Below, in pieces: positions 19,695-29,111 of a DNA stretch of 64,000 nt. Numbering within the stretch: the first letter of the stretch is position 1; each line of letters starts with the position of its first letter. The notes under the pieces were generated by a model that had not been told where the DNA came from, searched no databases, and was given only the letters and a program-made list of their open reading frames with translations. The DNA is taken from sequence record OZ195934.1, one strand, 5' to 3'. A program made the position numbers and the translations under genes.

Positions 19695-21218
19695 ATGAGC
19701 GACATTAAAATTGAGTATTTCGACGAAAGTTATGTGCGAATCGTTGCCGAGCCGAGCATAATGCATGAAATGATAGATTACTTTTCATTTCTAACCGACG
19801 GATACAAATTCAACCCTAAATTCAAAATGGGTATTTGGGATGGTAAAATTCGACTAATGACTTATCAAGGTCATTTGCCATACGGCTTAGTCGGACAAGC
19901 GCGTGCATTCGCATCTAACATGATGTACAGCATCGAATCAGATGAACGCCTTGAGCCAAAACAGAAGATTACACGTGAAGACTTCGACGCGTGGATTGCT
20001 TCACTAGACATTTACGCAGGTGACACGAAAATTGAACCATACTGGTATCAGTTAGACTCAGTTTTTCATGGCATCAACAATCAGCACGCGTTGCTTAATC
20101 TTCCAACATCAGCGGGTAAATCATTGATTCAGTCTTTGATCACTCGATGGTTCTTAGAGAACATGGAAGAAGATCAGAAAGTTCTAGTTATCGTTCCGAC
20201 GACTGCACTAGTTCAGCAAATGCGCGATGACTTCTTAGACTATCGATTGTTCTCTCACGAAGACATCTATCAGATTCGTGGTGGCGTTGATAGAGACGCG
20301 ATTGGTAACGCAAGCATTGTTGTTTCAACGTGGCAATCGGCAGTTAAACAGCCCAAAGAATGGTTCGATCAATTCGGAATGCTGCTAGTCGATGAGTGTC
20401 ACTTAGCAACTGGTAAATCGCTTGACGGCATAATCAAGAAGATGACTTACTGTACGTTCAAGCTAGGTCTTACTGGCTCGTTACGTGACGGTAAAGCAAA
20501 CGTATTGCAATACGTTGGTTCATTCGGTGACATTTTCAGACCAGTTTCTACAGCACAGCTAATGGAAGAGGGTCAAGTAACAGACTTGAAAATCAACTGT
20601 CTAATGCTTGAGTACCCACAGCCGCTGCGCGATGAAATGAAAGGTTGTTCGTATCAAGAAGAAATGAAATTCATTCTTGAGAACAAACACCGAAATCGAT
20701 ACTTGATTAAGCTTGCTTATAATCTGAGTGCGAAGAAAGGCGAAAACACGCTGCTATTGTTCAAGAACATCAAGCATGGTAAGTTGCTGTACGAAGCGTT
20801 GAAAACTATCTACGACCCAGAGAAAGTGTTTTACGTATCTGGTGAGACGAAGACAGATGACCGTACACACGTCAAGAAGATTGCTGAAGACATCGATGGT
20901 GCTATCATCGTCGCGTCGTATGGCGTATTCTCGACTGGTATCTCAATCAAGAAACTGCACAACGTTATCTTTGCACATCCAACGAAGTCAAAGATCATCA
21001 ACTTACAGTCGATTGGTCGTATTCTACGCAAACACGGTTCAAAAGTGACTGCGAAGCTGTTCGATATCATCGACAATTTGGGTATCAAGCCGAAGCGCAA
21101 GAACGCGAAAAAGCCATATACGCATGTGAATTATACTCTCAAGCATGGTATGGCGAGAATCGAGCTGTACAATCAAGAAGAATTCAAGTACGCGATTCGC
21201 AAAGTTGACTTAGAATAG
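19695..21218 (+). CDS. uvsW: UvsW RNA-DNA/DNA helicase (SF2)
   Basis: LNLPTSAGKS, VDECH, GLTGS, ASYGVFSTGISIK, QSIGRILR; true start MSDIKIE at 19695. Confidence 0.97.
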   Translation: MSDIKIEYFDESYVRIVAEPSIMHEMIDYFSFLTDGYKFNPKFKMGIWDGKIRLMTYQGHLPYGLVGQARAFASNMMYSIESDERLEPKQKITREDFDAWIASLDIYAGDTKIEPYWYQLDSVFHGINNQHALLNLPTSAGKSLIQSLITRWFLENMEEDQKVLVIVPTTALVQQMRDDFLDYRLFSHEDIYQIRGGVDRDAIGNASIVVSTWQSAVKQPKEWFDQFGMLLVDECHLATGKSLDGIIKKMTYCTFKLGLTGSLRDGKANVLQYVGSFGDIFRPVSTAQLMEEGQVTDLKINCLMLEYPQPLRDEMKGCSYQEEMKFILENKHRNRYLIKLAYNLSAKKGENTLLLFKNIKHGKLLYEALKTIYDPEKVFYVSGETKTDDRTHVKKIAEDIDGAIIVASYGVFSTGISIKKLHNVIFAHPTKSKIINLQSIGRILRKHGSKVTAKLFDIIDNLGIKPKRKNAKKPYTHVNYTLKHGMARIELYNQEEFKYAIRKVDLE

Positions 21219-21223
21219 ACCTC

Positions 21224-21251
21224 AAAAAGGGAGCATTTAGCTCCCTTTTTT
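21224..21251. terminator. Bidirectional intrinsic terminator
   Basis: AAAAAGGGAGC-ATTTA-GCTCCCTTTTTT. Confidence 0.9.
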
Positions 21252-21252
21252 A

Positions 21253-21360
21253 TTAGTCGAATAAACCACCGAGAATCGCGAATAAAATTTCGAAAAAAAT
21301 CTCAAATGGGTACCACAGCCATCCGAAGAAGCCGCGGTCTTTCTTATTGCGATTGCTCAT
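21253..21360 (-). CDS. 35-aa predicted membrane peptide (not in the ORF track)
   Basis: Read by hand: MSNRNKKDRGFFGWLWYPFEIFFEILFAILGGLFD. Confidence 0.55.
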   Translation of the reverse strand: MSNRNKKDRGFFGWLWYPFEIFFEILFAILGGLFD

Positions 21361-21365
21361 ATCAT

Positions 21366-21536
21366 TTACCCGTTAAGTAATTGCGTTTCTTGCAATTGCT
21401 GTTCACCGTTAGACTCAGTAACCGCCATTTCAGATAAATGCGTTTGACATTGACCTGTATGAACTACACCCTGAGGTGTATTGATTGTTACGTCACCATC
21501 ATTAATCGGTTGTTTGCACACTACACACTGTGTCAT
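21366..21536 (-). CDS. uvsY.-2: T4 UvsY.-2-like small protein (not in the ORF track)
   Basis: Read by hand: MTQCVVCKQPINDGDVTINTPQGVVHTGQCQTHLSEMAVTESNGEQQLQETQLLNG; CVVCK..P..G.VH.G.C..ETQLL signature. Confidence 0.85.
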   Translation of the reverse strand: MTQCVVCKQPINDGDVTINTPQGVVHTGQCQTHLSEMAVTESNGEQQLQETQLLNG

Positions 21537-21702
21537 TGACAAGTTCCTGTTTAATCATTGGTTGAAAGAAGTGAGACGGGTTGCTATACGCACTACCCGC
21601 TAATTCCCACTGGTCGTTAAGCAATGCAGACACTTTTTCATCGAGTGATTCGAGATTGTGATGCATTACTGTTTTGTATTTGTATTTAATGTCGAGATTC
21701 AT
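21502..21702 (-). CDS. DUF1737-like small protein
   Basis: YK..LDEKVSALLNDQWELAG...FFQPMIK pattern. Confidence 0.55.
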   Translation of the reverse strand: MNLDIKYKYKTVMHHNLESLDEKVSALLNDQWELAGSAYSNPSHFFQPMIKQELVNDTVCSVQTTD

Positions 21703-22116
21703 CTACATACCTATTGCGTTTTTAAACATAGCAGAAGCACGACCCATATCAACCACTTTACCAGTAGCTTGCAGAGCTGTACGAAGTTGACCCATGAAGC
21801 GCATGTGATTTGCACCGTTATCGATAACAAATTCAGTCACGAAAGCTTCTAGTTCGTGTTCGCCCATGCGTTCAGGTAGCAGCAACTCAAGTGTTTTGTT
21901 TTCAATCACAAGAATGTCAGCATGGTCGCCTTTGGCGTGCTCAAGTGCCAGTTTGTTGTTATCAAGCGCAGCCGAAATCACCTTGATACATGCTTCGTCA
22001 GAATGATCTTGTTTACGGTCAAGTTCTGCGATAATCACAGCCAGGACAGATGCTACTGGTGCGATGCGTTTCTTACGTGCTTTAAGGCGACGTTCTTTAA
22101 TTTTGTCAATAATCAT
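21703..22116 (-). CDS. YqeY/GatB C-terminal-like protein
   Basis: ENKTLELLLPERMGEHELEAFV..MGQL..VDMGRAS helical pattern. Confidence 0.75.
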   Translation of the reverse strand: MIIDKIKERRLKARKKRIAPVASVLAVIIAELDRKQDHSDEACIKVISAALDNNKLALEHAKGDHADILVIENKTLELLLPERMGEHELEAFVTEFVIDNGANHMRFMGQLRTALQATGKVVDMGRASAMFKNAIGM

Positions 22117-22526
22117 ACTATTCCACTCTCAATTTTTCTATTATCAATTACATGTTTAATCGTGAAGCCCATTTGACTAATGCCTTTCAGTGCTTCTTCG
22201 ATATACGATAACACATCTTTCATGTGTTGAAAAGTAGCAGTTGCAAGTTGTAGTAACTCATCACCCGCCAATGCGTATTTCATTTCACTTTTCTCAACGA
22301 TAAAGTCACAAACTTCATCATCATGTTTGCCGCTGTAATATAACCAACGGTCTTTGCGACACTTTTCCATTTTAAGTTCTGCTTTAAGCAGCATTTGACG
22401 TGCGTCTGCGCGATACCCTAACCATTTAGAGTGCAGTACGGGAATTCGTATTGCTGCTGATTCAAGCATGGTCGTGTCGATTTTCACGTCTTCGTGATAC
22501 TCGGCTTTCAATTGTTTTAAGTTCAT
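22113..22526 (-). CDS. uvsY: UvsY recombination mediator
   Basis: DVKIDTTMLESAAIRIPVLHSKWL, LYYSGK, MGFTIKHVIDNRKIESG. Confidence 0.93.
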   Translation of the reverse strand: MNLKQLKAEYHEDVKIDTTMLESAAIRIPVLHSKWLGYRADARQMLLKAELKMEKCRKDRWLYYSGKHDDEVCDFIVEKSEMKYALAGDELLQLATATFQHMKDVLSYIEEALKGISQMGFTIKHVIDNRKIESGIV

Positions 22527-22544
22527 ATGTCCCTCGCTTCGATC

Positions 22545-22575
22545 ATTATATATACACGCCGGGTTTTGTTAAACA
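22545..22575 (-). promoter_or_regulatory. TGTTTAAC...TATAAT promoter for uvsY
   Basis: -10 at 22545-22550, TGTTTAAC at 22568-22575 on the minus strand. Confidence 0.65.
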
Positions 22576-22625
22576 CTAATCGTTCTAATATCTCTAATAC
22601 CACTAAATCTACTAATTCTACTAAG
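22574..22625. repeat. Six degenerate 9-bp tandem repeats with an invariant CTAA core
   Basis: CTAA at 22576, 22585, 22594, 22603, 22612, 22621. Confidence 0.85.
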
Positions 22626-22656
22626 ATGAGACGGTTTTTTTCCGCTTCGCGCATAC

Positions 22657-22678
22657 AAAAAAAGCCCCGAAGGGCTTT
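22657..22678 (-). terminator. Intrinsic terminator after gp35
   Basis: AAAGCCC-TTCG-GGGCTTTTTTT on the minus strand. Confidence 0.85.
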
Positions 22679-22680
22679 AA

Positions 22681-25353
22681 TCATTTAAGTGCTACGTCAA
22701 CTGCTCGTACATTGTTTTCAAAGAAGCTTGCCACTTTGACTTCAGATGCGATTGGCATACACCATTGCGTTGTACTAGGACTCACTGACCCTTCATCGCG
22801 ACAACGAAGCATCAATATTGACGAGTCATTTTTCCACTGGAAGAACTTTCTCATCGACGAGTTGTAAACACCGACGCCTTTAGAAACCAATTTATCTGGT
22901 ACATCTTCTGGGTTGACAACGCCAAAGTAGTTTCTGAATTTATCAGCAAATTCTTCGACTTGTTGTTGTGTCCAATTATGCGGTAGTATGAATGAATCAT
23001 ACAAAACCCAATCATCGTTGATATCATCCCACTCGCCGTTATCTAACGCGATGTAAGTTGATGTCTCAGTTCCTGTGTAGTCAATAAGCGTATCTTGTAT
23101 CCCGCTTGTGTTTCTCACACGTGCGCTGAAGTAGATATGACCGGCATCTTTACCAGATGCTTGAGCCCACATTGACACGTAATACGGTCTAGTCGGATCG
23201 ATTGTAACGTAATCAAACTCAATTAAGTCTTGAGTTCCGCTTGACACTGTGATCATCTTCGATCTGTCAGATAACGTATGACCGCCCCATTGAACATCGC
23301 CTGCTTCTTTGATTGGCATTTCATATTCGTCATACAGATTTGAGTCTGAACGATAAGCTGAAATCCAACTATCCTGATCCATCGGATCACCTGCAATAGG
23401 CGAATGTGCGAATCGAGAAGCAGCTAGACCATTCAGTGACGATTGAACTGGTGCATCAAAATTAGGTGTTTCGAATCCCGACTTATACACTTGAATGTAA
23501 TCAACGTGGTCGTCAGATTCGATATCAGTCCATATTCCGATTGTGTGCGCGCCTGCTGGAACTTGAACATAAAATTCATGCGTTTCATACATACCACCAC
23601 CGAGTAATGGGCCGTTTTGTCGTCCGACTTCAGTATTCGTTGAGTTGTAAAATCGCAGATTGAACGTTGCTGCCGCGTCGTCATTGTCTTGTTTAGCACG
23701 GAATTTGTATATCAGATATTGCCCCTCAACAACGCCATGATCGCCTAACACAAATCGAGTGTCCGTAATCTTGTTCGTTGTCTCGATGATAGGGCTACCG
23801 AATCCATTCACACCAATTGTCAATCGCGATTCAAAGTTCACATCGATTTCAGCATCGCCATCACTCGGGTGGTCGAAAATGCATCGGTCTGAAATGAAAC
23901 CAAGTTGAGCACTACCAAAACCCGTGTAGCTGTAGCTATACTTGTCAAAGTAACTCGCACCGCGCCATTCTACCGGATTAAAGCGACTCAGAGCAGCGTC
24001 AACGTCTGCATTTGAATAACATGACCCATTAGACACTAAAGCGAAATACTCGTCTGTGAGCGCGTTCATAGCGTTTATGAAGTTGCCGCGTTCAGCCGTG
24101 TTGTTCAAGCGATACGAGTTGTTGATTGCAGGTTCGCCTTCTGCGGTAAACGTAAACAAGTGCATTTTGCCTGTTTCTTTCGCTTCTGGCGCGAGTAAGT
24201 GCGATTCATTGATCACGCCTTCTGCAATTTCAGAACTGCCGTCAGCGACACCACGAGCATATAAACGAACTGTGTTCGATGCACCCTCATTTAAGTGACG
24301 CGTTTCAAGACAGTTTTCAGCGATGCGAATGCCGACTGGTGCGTATACCCACAGCTCAGTGATGTTAACGTCAACACCGGGACCGGGTTGTCCACTGCCG
24401 TTTGCTCGTTGAGCGCCAATAACAAACCACCAACTGGTTGAACCGACTGATCCATCACCGATTGATTGTGTGCCTGTGTTGTATTCAAGACCGCCCCATG
24501 TGCTGTATGTTGAATCTTCTCGAATTGCTTCGTAATCACGCACGCCACCAGACGTAGCATCATAATCACCTGGGTAGTTCTTGATGATCGGTCTGTCAGT
24601 GATAATCGGGTTTGCGATGTATTGCTTGCCCGTCGGAGTTGGCGATGCACTTCCGTACGTCATGTACCAAAACATGTTTGCTGTGTTCAGCGTACTAGGC
24701 GTAGTGAAACGATAGTATCGACGAACCCATCGCTTACCATCGACTACAATATCGTTGCCTGACGATTCGAAAATTTCCCCTGCTGCTGCTGGTGATGCTA
24801 TGGGAGTTCCTGACCCGTCATACCAACGAGCATGAAAAAGAGGGCAGTCGAGATCGTGATCGCTTTCATTCTCATACGCAACCCAACAAGACATTGTATA
24901 CGTCGTATTCGTTCGCAAACGAGTTTGAGGCGTGTCAAATCTATATTGATCTGTAGCGCCTGTAGTGCTACGTTGTAGAATATAATTCGAAGAACCGGGA
25001 TTCGCCATTTCGACGATATCCCATGTTCCGACTATGTTGCCAACGTTCTCTGGTCGAGAGCCGTTAGCAAAGTTAGTGCCGCGCAGAAATTGACCAACGT
25101 CATGCGCAGCAAAGTTATTAGATTGACGCCAGATGTTCGTGACGTTTCTCTCAGGGTAGTGTAATTTGAACTGAAAACGTCCATCTTCACGACGAAAGTC
25201 ATCAAGCCCATTTAGCGCACTGAATTTAGCTTCAATGTCGGGATCAGTCCCGACACTACGCGATTCAGCGTCTGAAGTAAACCAGACGCCTCCAGTTGAA
25301 TCATGGCGAAAAATCAGAAGATAATCGCCATCACGTTTAAGTCTTTCGTACAT
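22681..25353 (-). CDS. gp35: Long tail fibre hinge protein (gp35-like) with extra fibrinogen-like and carbohydrate-binding-like domains
   Basis: Follows gp34; core NEGASNTVRLYARG..FINAMNAL..EIDVNFESRLTIGVNGF resembles T4 gp35; 890 aa against roughly 370 aa in T4. Confidence 0.75.
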   Translation of the reverse strand: MYERLKRDGDYLLIFRHDSTGGVWFTSDAESRSVGTDPDIEAKFSALNGLDDFRREDGRFQFKLHYPERNVTNIWRQSNNFAAHDVGQFLRGTNFANGSRPENVGNIVGTWDIVEMANPGSSNYILQRSTTGATDQYRFDTPQTRLRTNTTYTMSCWVAYENESDHDLDCPLFHARWYDGSGTPIASPAAAGEIFESSGNDIVVDGKRWVRRYYRFTTPSTLNTANMFWYMTYGSASPTPTGKQYIANPIITDRPIIKNYPGDYDATSGGVRDYEAIREDSTYSTWGGLEYNTGTQSIGDGSVGSTSWWFVIGAQRANGSGQPGPGVDVNITELWVYAPVGIRIAENCLETRHLNEGASNTVRLYARGVADGSSEIAEGVINESHLLAPEAKETGKMHLFTFTAEGEPAINNSYRLNNTAERGNFINAMNALTDEYFALVSNGSCYSNADVDAALSRFNPVEWRGASYFDKYSYSYTGFGSAQLGFISDRCIFDHPSDGDAEIDVNFESRLTIGVNGFGSPIIETTNKITDTRFVLGDHGVVEGQYLIYKFRAKQDNDDAAATFNLRFYNSTNTEVGRQNGPLLGGGMYETHEFYVQVPAGAHTIGIWTDIESDDHVDYIQVYKSGFETPNFDAPVQSSLNGLAASRFAHSPIAGDPMDQDSWISAYRSDSNLYDEYEMPIKEAGDVQWGGHTLSDRSKMITVSSGTQDLIEFDYVTIDPTRPYYVSMWAQASGKDAGHIYFSARVRNTSGIQDTLIDYTGTETSTYIALDNGEWDDINDDWVLYDSFILPHNWTQQQVEEFADKFRNYFGVVNPEDVPDKLVSKGVGVYNSSMRKFFQWKNDSSILMLRCRDEGSVSPSTTQWCMPIASEVKVASFFENNVRAVDVALK

Positions 25354-25361
25354 AAGTCACC

Positions 25362-28300
25362 TTAAATTGCGTGACCGAAAGTAAATTCCATCACGCCTTG
25401 ATTAGTCGTTGACATTCTTACAGAGCCAACTTGAATGTAGTCTCTGTATTTAACACTCTCACCAGTACCGCCATCAGGCGTGAACAAGTCGATGCGTTCA
25501 GATAGAGTTTTACCTGCACCCGCTGACAACGCAGTATGTTCCGCTGAAGTTGAGCTTGGGTCCGCAGTACGAACGTCGCTTGTTACTTGAACGATACCTT
25601 TGTTTGTGCGACTTGCTTTATTCAAGCGGTCGTTGCTCACAGTGCCAGATGTGATGTTCTCACCTGAGTGTGCGTGACTGTTGTTGTTCACTTGTACGCT
25701 TGCAGTAACATTGCTGCTACCGTCGAAGCTAACTGAACCCGTCAAATCACCGCTGAATGTAACAGTACGAGCAGTTTCCCACTTCGCAGCCGTCGCAGCC
25801 ATGTTGTCAATACCCAAGTATTTCGTACGTAGTGTACCAGTACCCGGTGAACGACCATTTGCAGAACTTTCATTCTCATAAATTGATGAGCCGAAAGAAC
25901 CCGCCCCGTCAACTTCAAGACCACCGTACACGTTAGTGTAGCCGTTTCGTGCTACTTTAAGCTGCCAGTTGTTTTCAACATCAGTAAAACCGATATCACC
26001 CGACTGATAGTAAATCTCACGTGTGCTGTTGTTGTCCGTTGTATCTTTGAACTCGATACGCGGGTTAGCACCCTGAATCTTGATTTCATTGTCGGTGAAC
26101 GTGTATGTCCCTGCAATGAAATCGTCAACATCAGAACGTGCATACTGCGTGCTGTTCAAGCCGTCTAGCAATTCTGAATCATCAGCTTTTGCGTTCAATG
26201 GCAAGTAGTTTTGCAATGCGTAGTGCAAGCCGTATGGGCTTACTGCATATTGATGACGATTATATGCTGTGTACGCTTGTGATGAACCGTTAGTGCTATC
26301 ACCGACGAACGTTTCACTTGCAGTCGCGCTTCGAGTTGTACCGTAGCGTGATTCACTTGAGCGTGAGTTTGCCGCAGTGCGTGTCCAGTAAGTCAAGTCA
26401 CTTGGTGTTAACACGATTTCATTTGACGCTGAACCGCTAGCCACTTCAGTTGAAGTTGCAAGGCGAACGATACCAGCCAAAGATTCAGTCGCACGACGCG
26501 AGTTCAGTTTCTTCGGTGTTAGCATTACAGTATCAAGTGGGCTCGACTGGCTATCAGCTTCAGCTTGCGTTGCAACTTGCAGCGTACCGCGTTGTGTTTC
26601 AGTCGCAGATGCGATTGAGAACGTTACATCGTCCCAAATTGTACCCGTATGCGATAAGCCGTCTGTTCCTGCTGTAACGAAGTGATCACGGTCAAGCCAT
26701 GTCTTCAGTTTAAGAGGGACGATCATTCGTGTACTATCAGTACCAGTATCAACTTCAGTCTGAGTTGCGATTTCAGCAACACCGCGACGCGATTCTGTAG
26801 CAGTACGGTCGTTTAGTGTGCTTGGCGTAATGAATACGCGATCCCATGCTTCGCCTGAACCCGATGTCGCTCTAGCTTCAGCTAGTGTAGCAACGCGAGA
26901 AATACCACGAATTGTTGAACTTGCTGTCCACGCTGCGAATTTCTTAGGCGTGATGATAGCGTCATCAACTTGAGAATCGTTAATACGAAGCTCAGTGCTC
27001 TTAGCAACCCATAGTGTACCCGGTTGATTTTCAGTCGCACGATACTCATCAAGCATTTTCGCTGTTACGAAACGAAGATGATCAGTTTTATCGTAAACTG
27101 TGTTGTCAGTGCCATTTAGTGTACGGTCTGAACGCATGTTTGCAGTCGATTCGACTGTACCATCAGCATTGATGTTATCAGACGCTTTTACAAGTTTACC
27201 AACACCCGTTAGATCTTCTTCAGCTTGAGCAGCGTGAAATTTACGTGGCGTGATTACTTGCGTGTCGTTTGTAGTGCTGCGAGTTTCATTCTGCGTAGCA
27301 ATCTCAACAACACCGCGACGATTTTCAAGAGCTGTACGCGCATTGAATGAGCGAGGCGTAATGAAAATATCATGACGGAACGCTGAATCAGCATAACGAC
27401 TTGTTTCGTTGCCGTTCGTGATAACACGCGACATTTCAAGTGCTTCATCAGTTGTCAATAGAGCTACACGAGCGATACCGACTTGATCTTCTGCTGCACG
27501 ACGTGCGTCTAGCGTTTCAACTGTGATCACGTGATCTTTCAGTGGGTTTTGATTCGCCCATGAACTACCAGTATCTTCAGCGTGCGCGTAGTCGATGCCA
27601 TGTGCAAGTGCTTCAGTCGGTGATGCTAGTTTAGCAAGACCCGGACGCTTACGGTGATTCTCATCAACGATATCGATACGAGACGAGATATCAGCAAAAT
27701 CCCACACTTTGCGAGTTGCATCGTAGAACAATATGAATGAGTAACCGCGATCTTCGTCATTGATAGTAAAGCTATCGTTGAACGTATCTACAGTCGCTGC
27801 GAATTCACTGTACTTAACCATTCTGTATTCGTCAAGCGAACGAACGATTTTGTATTCGTTTGCACCATGACCGACATCATCATCACCGAACTGAGGGTGA
27901 ACTTGAACAGTTACTTCTTTACCCGGTGTTTTAACGTTTGACAACTCAATCCAGTCACCATCAACTGGCGATTGCGGAAGCGTTATTGTCATCGCTGCAA
28001 CTGCACTATTAATGTTGATGTCGTAACGACGATTCACGATCAATTGCTCAGTGCTTGATGCGCCTAGATGCTGCCACGGTTGAGCTTCGTGGGAGATCAC
28101 GATTACCCATGTGTTGTTATCACCGCCAACGTACATCAGTTCAGCATGACCGATATTGTCTAGCGTGATTGTTTCAGCTCCTACACCGCTAATTGGGTGA
28201 ATGATTTGCTGATCATCAAGCGTCGGGTGAATGCCGATTTGAATTCGAGTTTGTGTGATGTTCGTTGAAACGTCGCGCAGACGCACTACATCGCCCGGTA

Positions 28301-29033
28301 CTGCGTGCAGTGGCAATGAGATAGCGATTGTTTTATCAGCCGCTTGAATCGCGATTGTTTCTTCACACGTAGCAACATAACCACCATTTGCAAGGTGACC
28401 TGATTGCTGTGTCGGGTGAGCTGCGTCAATGTAAGTGTAGTACGGGTCGTGGTCGATTTGATACGTCCATGCGATACCGTTATACACGAAATAAACTGTG
28501 CTAGACGGGCGATTCATCAACATTGTTTCGTCAGATGTTAGCGCGCCACCGATGCCGTATGATTGAATTGTCAATCCGCCAGCCGCGGCTACTGTAGTTG
28601 GGTACGCTGAAAGTACGCCTTTGCCGTCTTTGATTGTTACTGTATCGCCTGTTAGAGGCGTTTCAGGTAGTGTGATTGTAATCGACGAACTTGCCGTCAA
28701 GAACAAGAAGTCACCTACGTTAGCACCGATAGACGAATCTACTTCTTCCCACTCTGGGTCATTACGCATTTTTTTCCATTTAAGTGCATTAAACGGTTCT
28801 GCGGTAGTGATCGGGATAATGTTTTTGTATAGACGTTGATTAAACTCAACGATGAAATCTTCGTTATAGCGTTCACGTGTTGGGTCATATTCTTGAACTG
28901 TGTTTTCGTCGATGAAATAACCTAAGTTAAGACCATCTAAGATTTCACCGATACGCGGGTGTGCTACGTTTACAACGTTGCTACCACTCGCATCAAGACC
29001 TGACGCACGAAATGCTTTGCGGAATTCTGACAT
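25362..29033 (-). CDS. gp34: Long tail fibre proximal subunit (gp34)
   Basis: MSEFRKAFRASGLDASGSNVVNVA, FNALKWKKMRNDP, repeated ATE.RRG.AEIATQ.E motifs; start corrected to 29033 (RBS AAGGAG). Confidence 0.95.
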   Translation of the reverse strand: MSEFRKAFRASGLDASGSNVVNVAHPRIGEILDGLNLGYFIDENTVQEYDPTRERYNEDFIVEFNQRLYKNIIPITTAEPFNALKWKKMRNDPEWEEVDSSIGANVGDFLFLTASSSITITLPETPLTGDTVTIKDGKGVLSAYPTTVAAAGGLTIQSYGIGGALTSDETMLMNRPSSTVYFVYNGIAWTYQIDHDPYYTYIDAAHPTQQSGHLANGGYVATCEETIAIQAADKTIAISLPLHAVPGDVVRLRDVSTNITQTRIQIGIHPTLDDQQIIHPISGVGAETITLDNIGHAELMYVGGDNNTWVIVISHEAQPWQHLGASSTEQLIVNRRYDININSAVAAMTITLPQSPVDGDWIELSNVKTPGKEVTVQVHPQFGDDDVGHGANEYKIVRSLDEYRMVKYSEFAATVDTFNDSFTINDEDRGYSFILFYDATRKVWDFADISSRIDIVDENHRKRPGLAKLASPTEALAHGIDYAHAEDTGSSWANQNPLKDHVITVETLDARRAAEDQVGIARVALLTTDEALEMSRVITNGNETSRYADSAFRHDIFITPRSFNARTALENRRGVVEIATQNETRSTTNDTQVITPRKFHAAQAEEDLTGVGKLVKASDNINADGTVESTANMRSDRTLNGTDNTVYDKTDHLRFVTAKMLDEYRATENQPGTLWVAKSTELRINDSQVDDAIITPKKFAAWTASSTIRGISRVATLAEARATSGSGEAWDRVFITPSTLNDRTATESRRGVAEIATQTEVDTGTDSTRMIVPLKLKTWLDRDHFVTAGTDGLSHTGTIWDDVTFSIASATETQRGTLQVATQAEADSQSSPLDTVMLTPKKLNSRRATESLAGIVRLATSTEVASGSASNEIVLTPSDLTYWTRTAANSRSSESRYGTTRSATASETFVGDSTNGSSQAYTAYNRHQYAVSPYGLHYALQNYLPLNAKADDSELLDGLNSTQYARSDVDDFIAGTYTFTDNEIKIQGANPRIEFKDTTDNNSTREIYYQSGDIGFTDVENNWQLKVARNGYTNVYGGLEVDGAGSFGSSIYENESSANGRSPGTGTLRTKYLGIDNMAATAAKWETARTVTFSGDLTGSVSFDGSSNVTASVQVNNNSHAHSGENITSGTVSNDRLNKASRTNKGIVQVTSDVRTADPSSTSAEHTALSAGAGKTLSERIDLFTPDGGTGESVKYRDYIQVGSVRMSTTNQGVMEFTFGHAI

Positions 29034-29073
29034 TTCATTGCTCCTTTGTTTAGATATGCAATTCTTTATAGTA

Positions 29074-29081
29074 TATTTAGA
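29074..29081 (-). promoter_or_regulatory. Late-promoter variant TCTAAATA (gp34)
   Basis: About 40 nt upstream of the gp34 ATG. Confidence 0.6.
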
Positions 29082-29111
29082 CTCACGATATACACATAGG
29101 AATAGACACAC

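Noticed and set aside
26200-27650. Repeated ATE..RG..EIATQ.E-type units in gp34
   Set aside because: Normal protein-level repeats of T4-like proximal fibres; no nucleotide repeat-spacer structure, so not CRISPR or a diversity system
29034-29111. N-terminal extensions in the ORF track (gp34, uvsW, frd, primase, 57712, 60220, 62951)
   Set aside because: They run through promoters or terminators; downstream ATGs have proper RBS and match homologue N-termini
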